From contig CAZBOZ010000001.1 of assembly GCA_964493665.1 (NCBI GenBank), positions 24,591 through 88,590 on the forward strand: a DNA stretch of 64,000 nt. Reading direction: 5' to 3'. A model generated the notes under the pieces. That model made no database searches, was not told the origin of the DNA, and saw only the letters and a list, made by a program, of their open reading frames with translations. The DNA comes from an uncultured Muribaculaceae bacterium. GTDB taxonomy: Bacteria > Bacillota_I > Bacilli_A > RF39 > UBA660. The position numbers were made by a program, and so were the translations under genes. Positions 57,095 through 64,000 of this stretch are shown here, in pieces (position 1 is the first letter of the stretch; every line of letters begins with the position of its first letter).

Positions 57095-59123
57095 AATTAC
57101 ATATTATTAATTGATGTTGAGCTCTAGTACAAGCAACATACAATAAATATTTTTCTTGATCATTAAAATTATTATCTTTTGTATTTATTACTATTACAAC
57201 GTCAAATTCTAATCCTTTAGCTAGATAGGTTGGTAAAATAACTAATTCTTTAGAAAAACTATCTTTTTCACTGTTAATAAGTTTTATTTCTACTTTATCC
57301 TTTAATTTATTATATATAACATTAGCATAATTACTATCTTTAGTAATAATAGCAATTGATTTATATTCTTTAGAAACTTCTTTAATAGTTTCGTGAAGTT
57401 TATCAATATCATTTATAAAGGTTATTGGTTTTTGATTTTCTTTTCTAATAGCACTTACATGATTAAGTCCTAATATTTTATTTGTATAAGCTATTATTTC
57501 AGCACTAGAACGATAGGTTTTAGTTAATTCAATATAATTATTAAATCCTTTAAATACATTACCCAAAATGTTTAAATTATTATATTTATAATATGGATTA
57601 ATGGTTTGATTAATATCACCCAAAATGGTTATTTTAGCTTTTTTAAATATATTAGCAATTATTTCATATTGAATAACACTATAATCTTGGGCTTCATCTA
57701 TCACTATTTGATATATACTGTTTTCATAACCAAATCCCTCTAATAAACCTTTCAAATAAACAAATAACAAAGCATCTTCATATTTTATATATTTATTATC
57801 TAATATATTTGTTAAATCAGTGTTATTTGATTTAACTTTAGAATAATCACTTTTTAAAAATTCCACATATATTTCTCGGTAATTATTGTTAAACCCCAAA
57901 GCTTCTTTAATTAATCTTTTATATGTGCTAATTTTTCCTCTTGAACCACGATAATTATTATAAGACATCTTAGTAGCCATCTCATCTATTCTAGACATTA
58001 ATGGTAATTTTGAATATCTGTTTTTAAATAAATCATTTAGTTCTTCTTTGGTGTATTCATATATATGATTTTCTACGAAACCAGTTTTAAATTCTAGCTT
58101 CTCAACTAAATTATTTACAAAACTTTTAATATCATTAATAATTGCATTACTTTGTTTATATTTTACTAGTGATTGATTGATTTCTTCACCTTTATAATAT
58201 CTTGATATAAAATTAATAAATGATTCTACTTTTTTATATTCTTTAATATTTTTATTTAAATATTCATGAAAAGTGGTTTGTAGAGTGTTTTCTTCGCCAA
58301 GTTCTGGTAGAACATTGGAAATATATTCAGTAAATATTTGATTTGGAGAGAAGATTAAAATATTGTTAGAAGTTAAATTTTTAATTTTATAAAGTAAAAA
58401 GGCAATTCTATGTAGAGCTACTGAGGTTTTACCGCTTCCGGCTATTCCCTGTACTATTAATACATCATCTTCAATATTTCTTATTACTTTGTTTTGTTCT
58501 TGTTGAATAGTATTAACAATGTTTTTCATTTTCTCAGAGCTTTCTTTTGCTAGTACTTCTTGTAATAAATCATCATTAATATTCAAAGAATTATCAAATA
58601 GACTAATTAATTTGCAATCTACTATTTTATATTGCCTTTTTCTAATTAAATTTCCAATTATTGTTTCTTTTGGCGCTATATAACTACAAGACCCAACTTC
58701 ATAATCATAAAATAAACTACATATTGGACTACGCCAGTCATATAAGACATTATCATTATTTTCATCTGTTAAATATGTAAGACTGATGTATATATTGTAT
58801 TGCTTTTTTTCTTCATCTTCAAAAATAATTGAAGCAAAGTAAGGGCTTTTTTGAATATGCATTAATTTTTTAAAATAGGCCCCTTTTTCCATCATCTCAT
58901 ATGCATCTTTAGCATCAGCAGTTAAAAGCGATTTCATTTCTGTCGGATCAAAGTCTTGTTTGTTGTCCCAAGTAAATTTTCTAAATTCAGTTAATTTTTC
59001 TTCTTTATCAAACATATCTTGACTAAGAACAGATATTTTTTTACGAAGAATTTCATTAATTTCTTCTAGTTTTTTCCTTTCATATACTATTTCTTTTTCA
59101 TTAATTGCCATAAATAACCCCAT
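57093..59123 (-). CDS. UvrD/Rep-like superfamily I DNA helicase (HelD-like)
   Basis: Walker A IVQGIAGSGKTSVALHRIAFLL, and later VIDEAQD and TKTYRS-type SF1 motifs. The N-terminal 200 aa or so are non-helicase, as in HelD. Confidence 0.6.
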   Translation of the reverse strand: MGLFMAINEKEIVYERKKLEEINEILRKKISVLSQDMFDKEEKLTEFRKFTWDNKQDFDPTEMKSLLTADAKDAYEMMEKGAYFKKLMHIQKSPYFASIIFEDEEKKQYNIYISLTYLTDENNDNVLYDWRSPICSLFYDYEVGSCSYIAPKETIIGNLIRKRQYKIVDCKLISLFDNSLNINDDLLQEVLAKESSEKMKNIVNTIQQEQNKVIRNIEDDVLIVQGIAGSGKTSVALHRIAFLLYKIKNLTSNNILIFSPNQIFTEYISNVLPELGEENTLQTTFHEYLNKNIKEYKKVESFINFISRYYKGEEINQSLVKYKQSNAIINDIKSFVNNLVEKLEFKTGFVENHIYEYTKEELNDLFKNRYSKLPLMSRIDEMATKMSYNNYRGSRGKISTYKRLIKEALGFNNNYREIYVEFLKSDYSKVKSNNTDLTNILDNKYIKYEDALLFVYLKGLLEGFGYENSIYQIVIDEAQDYSVIQYEIIANIFKKAKITILGDINQTINPYYKYNNLNILGNVFKGFNNYIELTKTYRSSAEIIAYTNKILGLNHVSAIRKENQKPITFINDIDKLHETIKEVSKEYKSIAIITKDSNYANVIYNKLKDKVEIKLINSEKDSFSKELVILPTYLAKGLEFDVVIVINTKDNNFNDQEKYLLYVACTRAQHQLIICN

Positions 59124-59258
59124 TTCTAAAAGTTACTCCAAATAATAATAAAGAAGTAATCTCTTCTTGCAACTAAGTAAAATAATATTATCAGGTAAGT
59201 TTACGCTGTAGATAACAATCTATCATAAATAAAAATAATATGCAATAGTTTTTGCATA

Positions 59259-60689
59259 TTATTTTCTTTTTTCTAGTTCTTCTTTTACTAGTTTTAATGT
59301 TATTTCAGGATTAGCCTGCATATTAGTTTTTTTCATAACCATACCAACAAAGAAATTGGCTAATGCTTCCTTGCCAGAGTAATAAATTTCTACTTGTTTA
59401 GGATTTTCATTTATTGCCTCATCTATATATTTTAGTAATTCCTCTTTACTATCTATTTGTTTAATACCTTTTTCAGCAATTAACTCTATTGGATCTTTTT
59501 TATAAATAATAGCCTCATTTAGTATTTCTTTAGCATTTAAAGCTGATATTTCACCTGCATCTATTTTATTGATTATATTAGCAAGCATTGCTGGAGTTAA
59601 AAACCAATTATTGATATTTTCATTACTTTTGTTTAAAGCTCCAAGAACAAAGGTAATTAACCATTTACGAGCTGATTCTTTATTATTAGTTAAAGATTCT
59701 AATGAATCAAAATAATTAGAAATATCCAAATCTTTTGCTATGGTTTCAGCATCTATCAAAGACATGCCATTATTTATATACCTTTTAATTATATTATATT
59801 GTAGTTCAGGTATTTCTTCTTTTATTTCTTTTAAATATTCTTCTTCTAATGATATAGAAGGTATATTAGGTTCAATAAAATATTTATAATCAATAGCATC
59901 TACCTTCTCACGCATTCCATAAGTTTTACCATCATCAGCAATTCTTCTTGTCTCTTGAATTACTTTTTCACCTTTATCTAGGATTTCTGTTTGTCTTTTA
60001 ATTTCATACTCAATAGCCGATCTTACTCCTAAAAAGGAATTGATGCCTTTAATTTCTGCTCTTGTTCCAAGTACTTTGGCATTTTCTTCCATTAAAGATA
60101 TATTAACATCACACCTTATTTGGCCTTTATCACTACGAGCTTCACTAATGTTACAAAATATTAGTAAATTTCTAAGATACTCTAAAAAAGCAATTGCCTC
60201 ATCAGCGCTATATATACATGGTTCAGTTACTATTTCAATTAAAGGAATGCCAGCTCTATTATAATCAATTAAAGAAAAATCTTTGCACCCTTCTATTGTT
60301 GCTGTATCTTCTTCTAGGTGAATATCATGAATTAAAACTGTTTTTTCTATGCCATTTAAGAAGTATTTTAGATTGCCATTTATACCAAAAGGTTTTGTAC
60401 TTTGAGTGATTTGATAGCCTTTTGGGAGATCTGGATAATAATAATTCTTACGATCAAATAAAACTTCGTTGGCTATTTGACAATTTAATGCTATTGCTGT
60501 TTTAATAGCTTTTCTAATAGCTTCTTTATTAACTACTGGAAGGATTCCTGGTAATCCTAAATCAATTGCATTAACGTTAATATTTGGGGTCTTTGTGTAA
60601 TCATTTTTGGCATTTGAAAAATTTTTAGTAATAGTATTTAATTCGGCATGAATTTCTAATCCAATTACAACCTTATACATTATCATCAC
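59259..60689 (-). CDS. gatB: Asp-tRNA(Asn)/Glu-tRNA(Gln) amidotransferase subunit B
   Basis: YKVVIGLEIHAEL N-terminus, a GatB central domain, and a YqeY-like tail. Confidence 0.9.
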   Translation of the reverse strand: MMIMYKVVIGLEIHAELNTITKNFSNAKNDYTKTPNINVNAIDLGLPGILPVVNKEAIRKAIKTAIALNCQIANEVLFDRKNYYYPDLPKGYQITQSTKPFGINGNLKYFLNGIEKTVLIHDIHLEEDTATIEGCKDFSLIDYNRAGIPLIEIVTEPCIYSADEAIAFLEYLRNLLIFCNISEARSDKGQIRCDVNISLMEENAKVLGTRAEIKGINSFLGVRSAIEYEIKRQTEILDKGEKVIQETRRIADDGKTYGMREKVDAIDYKYFIEPNIPSISLEEEYLKEIKEEIPELQYNIIKRYINNGMSLIDAETIAKDLDISNYFDSLESLTNNKESARKWLITFVLGALNKSNENINNWFLTPAMLANIINKIDAGEISALNAKEILNEAIIYKKDPIELIAEKGIKQIDSKEELLKYIDEAINENPKQVEIYYSGKEALANFFVGMVMKKTNMQANPEITLKLVKEELEKRK

Positions 60690-62130
60690 CTACTATTTGA
60701 CCTTTATAAGTCATTGTTTCCTCTATCTCGTGAGCTATATTTAATACTAAATCATCATTCATCGCTGCGCCGGTAATATTTATACCAATTGGCATCCCAT
60801 TAATAAATCCTGAAGGAATCGTAATACTTGGATAACCCCCAAAATTACCTATAACTAGATGATTGCCTAATATTAGATATTGATCAGATAATTTATCGCT
60901 TTTTTCATCAAATTTAGGAGCAATAGAGTCTAAAGCTGGCATTATAAAGCCATCGTATTTATTAAATAAATTATTAAATTCTTCTACTATAAGTCTTCTT
61001 ACGCGGGCAGCATTTAAAAATAATTTTTCTTGATTTTCTCTTTGCAAAACATAACTACCAATTACAAATCTTCTTTTAATAAATTCTGAAAATCCTTTGG
61101 TTCTAGCATCAAACATAATTTCATTTATATTGTTCCCTTTACCACGAATACCGAAAGGAATTCCAGTTAAATTAGAATTATTACTAGTAGCTTCGGCACA
61201 AGAGATAGTATTATATACTGGATATAAAGCGTTTAATAAATCTTTATCTATTTTTTCTTCTTTTACCTCAATACCAATTTTTTTACAATTTTTAATAACT
61301 TCTTCAAAATTTTTCAAAATATTTTCTAACTCCGAAGTTTTATTCTTATAAAAATTAATATTACAAATATCTTTTAAGTAAAATAATTTTTTACCCTTTA
61401 TACTTAAATTTAAATTATCGGCATATTTAATATCATCATCTGGTAAACTGGTCATATCATTTTCATCATAGCCTTTTAGGATATCTGTTACTATTGCTAT
61501 GTCTCTTACACTCCTAGCAAAGACTCCAACATGATCTAAACTGGAGGCAAAAGCAAACAAACCATATCTAGATATTCTTCCATAAGTTGGCTTAAATCCT
61601 ACAACACCACCATATGCTGCTGGTCTTCTAACTGAATCTCCTGTATCACTGCCTATAGCAAAAGGTACTATCCCTAAAGCTACAGCAGCAGCACTACCTG
61701 CGCTTGATCCACCAATCATTCTTTCCTCATCCCAAGGATTCTTAACAATTCCAGTATGGCCTGTAGTTCCGGTTCCACCCATAGCAAGTTCATCTAATAC
61801 TGTTTTACCAACTAAAACAGCTCCAGCTTCTTTTAGTTTTTTATATACTGTAGAATCATATACAGGAATATAATTTTTTAATATATTTGAAGATGCCGTA
61901 GTTAAAATACCATTAGTAGAGTAATTATCTTTTAAAGCATAAGGAATATTACTAATCAAGGTACTTTTAATTCCTTCATTTTTATATTGGCTCATTATGG
62001 TTACAAAAATATTATATTTATCTTGATTTTTATTAGCCAAATCAACTGCATTATTAAATAAATTTAATCCACTTAATTCATTTGAATCTAATTTGTTTCT
62101 AAGTTCATCAATCATCATTTTTGAATACAT
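60673..62130 (-). CDS. gatA: Asp-tRNA(Asn)/Glu-tRNA(Gln) amidotransferase subunit A
   Basis: Amidase signature GGSSAGSAAAVA with the Ser-cisSer-Lys triad region. Confidence 0.9.
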   Translation of the reverse strand: MYSKMMIDELRNKLDSNELSGLNLFNNAVDLANKNQDKYNIFVTIMSQYKNEGIKSTLISNIPYALKDNYSTNGILTTASSNILKNYIPVYDSTVYKKLKEAGAVLVGKTVLDELAMGGTGTTGHTGIVKNPWDEERMIGGSSAGSAAAVALGIVPFAIGSDTGDSVRRPAAYGGVVGFKPTYGRISRYGLFAFASSLDHVGVFARSVRDIAIVTDILKGYDENDMTSLPDDDIKYADNLNLSIKGKKLFYLKDICNINFYKNKTSELENILKNFEEVIKNCKKIGIEVKEEKIDKDLLNALYPVYNTISCAEATSNNSNLTGIPFGIRGKGNNINEIMFDARTKGFSEFIKRRFVIGSYVLQRENQEKLFLNAARVRRLIVEEFNNLFNKYDGFIMPALDSIAPKFDEKSDKLSDQYLILGNHLVIGNFGGYPSITIPSGFINGMPIGINITGAAMNDDLVLNIAHEIEETMTYKGQIVGDDNV

Positions 62131-62420
62131 TATTCCACCACCTTAGGAACTTTTACTTGATTGCTTTCCACTTCACTAGCATTTTTTAAAACGTCTGTAA
62201 CAGCTAGATTATTTATTTTTTCATCATTTCTATAATTTATATTTGGAATTGGGAATGGAAAAAACATTGGTTTAACTTTGTTTATACCATTTATTTCCCC
62301 TATTAAGTCCATTTGTTTTAAAATAATTTCAAACTCTTCTTCTAATGTTTGGTATTCATCATCGCTCATATCAAACATTAATAAATTGGCATATTTTTTT
62401 AACATATCTTTAGTAATCAT
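62130..62420 (-). CDS. gatC: Asp-tRNA(Asn)/Glu-tRNA(Gln) amidotransferase subunit C
   Basis: 96 aa with a 1-nt overlap onto gatA, in gatCAB order. Confidence 0.8.
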   Translation of the reverse strand: MITKDMLKKYANLLMFDMSDDEYQTLEEEFEIILKQMDLIGEINGINKVKPMFFPFPIPNINYRNDEKINNLAVTDVLKNASEVESNQVKVPKVVE

Positions 62421-62495
62421 AATTTCACCTCATAATAAAAAATTATAAAATTATTCTTTATTAAATTATAGCATAATATGGCATAAAAAAAGCAT

Positions 62496-62780
62496 TTATT
62501 TTGTATAAACGCTTACTTTTTTCTTATCTCTTCCAAGTCTTTCATATTTTACAATACCTTCAATTTTTGCAAATAGAGTATGATCTTTACCCATTCCTAC
62601 ATTTGTTCCTGGATAAATTTTTGTTCCCCTTTGGCGATATAGAATGCTACCTGCTGTAACAAATCCACCATCACTAGCTTTTGCTCCAAGTCTACGGCCA
62701 GCTGAATCACGACCATTTTGAGTAGATCCTTGAGCTTTAACATGAGCAAATAATTGAATATTTAACATTAATAGTTTCAT
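62496..62780 (-). CDS. rpmA: 50S ribosomal protein L27 with a cleavable N-terminal extension
   Basis: [11 protein letters not shown] | [21 protein letters not shown]. The F|A site is the Prp cleavage motif typical of Firmicutes. Confidence 0.9.
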   Translation of the reverse strand: MKLLMLNIQLFAHVKAQGSTQNGRDSAGRRLGAKASDGGFVTAGSILYRQRGTKIYPGTNVGMGKDHTLFAKIEGIVKYERLGRDKKKVSVYTK

Positions 62781-62782
62781 AT

Positions 62783-63079
62783 TTATTTTTCCTCTTTCAT
62801 TGTTATATTTTTAGGATACTTAATCACTAATTCTTTTAATAAAAAAGTCATATTAGTAAGTAAAGTATCGGTTAAATTGTCTTTTTTTATGTTTGTTATA
62901 TGTATATAACCATCTTTTTCATCGTATTTAATGGCATCTTTATCAAGTCTTATAATAGCATTAATGGTTGTAATAACAATTCCACTAACACTAGCACAAA
63001 CTATGTCTTTACCACTTATATCATTATAAGCATGGCCAGATATAGTAATATCATTTGCTTTTACTATTACTTTTATCAT
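62783..63079 (-). CDS. prp: ribosomal-processing cysteine protease Prp
   Basis: [21 protein letters not shown] carries the catalytic His/Cys. It sits between rplU and rpmA. Confidence 0.8.
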   Translation of the reverse strand: MIKVIVKANDITISGHAYNDISGKDIVCASVSGIVITTINAIIRLDKDAIKYDEKDGYIHITNIKKDNLTDTLLTNMTFLLKELVIKYPKNITMKEEK

Positions 63080-63080
63080 A

Positions 63081-63383
63081 TTATTTTAATTCTATTTTTT
63101 TAACTAATAATTTAGTATAAGGTTGACGATGACCTTGTTTATTACGATATTTCTTTTTTGGTTTATACTTAAAAACAACAATTTTCTTTTGCTTGCCATG
63201 TTTTACTATTTCACAAACTACTTTTGCGCCTTTAACTGTAGGTACTCCATAAATACCATTAGCATATAAAACATCAGTAAATTCAACTTCGCTACCGGCT
63301 TCACCATCTAATTTTTCAACATAAATAGTATCGCCTTCAGCTACATAGTATTGTTTACCACCAGTTATAAATATAGCTTTCAT
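63081..63383 (-). CDS. rplU: 50S ribosomal protein L21
   Basis: [25 protein letters not shown] is the L21 N-terminus. 100 aa. Confidence 0.9.
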   Translation of the reverse strand: MKAIFITGGKQYYVAEGDTIYVEKLDGEAGSEVEFTDVLYANGIYGVPTVKGAKVVCEIVKHGKQKKIVVFKYKPKKKYRNKQGHRQPYTKLLVKKIELK

Positions 63384-63527
63384 AATATTCCCTCACTTTC
63401 ATTTTTGTAAGACTCGCCTTTAAGGTACATATAAATGTTTGAAAACCTTTTTAGTGCGGTTTTTAAAGAAAGCTCTTTAAAACATAATAAATATTACCAA
63501 TAAATGCCTTATTTGTCAAACAAATAT
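63384..63527 (-). promoter_or_regulatory. rplU promoter (TTGACA-17-TAATAT at 63491-63519) and about 100-nt leader, possibly L21-leader-type autoregulatory RNA
   Basis: On the minus strand, consensus -35 and a good -10, with a structured-looking leader before the GAGGGA RBS. Confidence 0.45.
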
Positions 63528-64000
63528 CTATTTTATTTGATCATTTTCTAAAAAACTATAATATTCATTTTTACCAATAATTATATGATCTAACAATGGA
63601 ATAAGCATTAGTTTACTTATTTCTAATAATTTATTAGTAAAAATTATATCTTCATTACTGGGACTACTAATACCAGAAGGGTGATTATGAACACAAATAA
63701 TAAAAGAAGCTGACATTAAATAAGCATTTTTAAATATTTCTCTAGGGTGGACTGTACTTTGATCTATTGTTCCAATAAATAAAACTTTGTAATCAATTAG
63801 TTGTTTTTTAGTATCTAAATAAATTACTAAAAAGTGTTCTTGTTTTAAATTAATAAAATAATCTTTAAAATATTGATAAACTAAATCAACACTATTAATT
63901 TTAATATTTTCTTTAACGATTTCTTTAGTAAAAAGCCTTTTACCTAATTCTATACTGGCAAGTAAAGTAATGGCTTTTACTTCCCCTATTCCTTTAATTT
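63528..64000 (-). CDS. radC: RadC-like JAMM domain protein (UPF0758), C-terminal part; the 5' end lies outside the window
   Basis: HNHPSG...S..D is the JAMM motif. The frame stays open upstream of the listed Met to the window edge (EHFLVIYLDTKKQLIDYKVLFIGT...). Confidence 0.7.
   Translation of the reverse strand, partial: IKGIGEVKAITLLASIELGKRLFTKEIVKENIKINSVDLVYQYFKDYFINLKQEHFLVIYLDTKKQLIDYKVLFIGTIDQSTVHPREIFKNAYLMSASFIICVHNHPSGISSPSNEDIIFTNKLLEISKLMLIPLLDHIIIGKNEYYSFLENDQIK

Overview
This 64-kb window is a densely coding stretch of a very AT-rich monoderm Bacillota-type chromosome. The peptidoglycan genes murC and mltG are present. L27 carries the N-terminal extension and sits next to its Prp protease. 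The IreB-RuvX-DUF1292-MltG-YrrM-like order is the Bacilli-type synteny. I could call about 70 protein genes, mostly housekeeping: the C-terminus of pepF, dnaJ, a U32 peptidase, mtaB, recD2, an AI-2E transporter, a short alaS, an ABC-2 transporter pair, murC, an SDR oxidoreductase, greA, tig, lon, a YlbL-like protease, mutS, nusB, xseAB, mnmA, a Xer-family recombinase, rarA, aspS, dtd, relA, tgt, ruvAB, obg, hisS, a HelD/UvrD-like helicase, gatCAB, and rplU-prp-rpmA. I found no rRNA, tRNA, CRISPR array or obvious mobile element. Five things stand out. (1) A four-gene unit replaces the normal queA slot between ruvB and tgt. It encodes an FGase-like Zn-amidohydrolase, QueA fused at its C-terminus to a second FGase-like domain, a candidate GS-like amidoligase, and a RimK-like ATP-grasp ligase. 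This is a candidate undescribed ligase/hydrolase tagging system, most plausibly acting on queuosine or tRNA. (2) There is a 7-TM heliorhodopsin-like gene. (3) There is a 955-aa prepilin-type protein built from a Listeria-Bacteroides repeat, two internally duplicated Gly-rich modules and a discoidin-like domain. A second, orphan pilin lies between ruvA and obg. (4) The alaS is minimal (591 aa), with no C-Ala domain. (5) On the RNA side there is a T-box leader on aspS, a candidate 6S-like ncRNA downstream of aspS, and two small ORFs that the six-frame track missed. Every functional assignment comes from motif recognition by eye, and none has been checked against a database.
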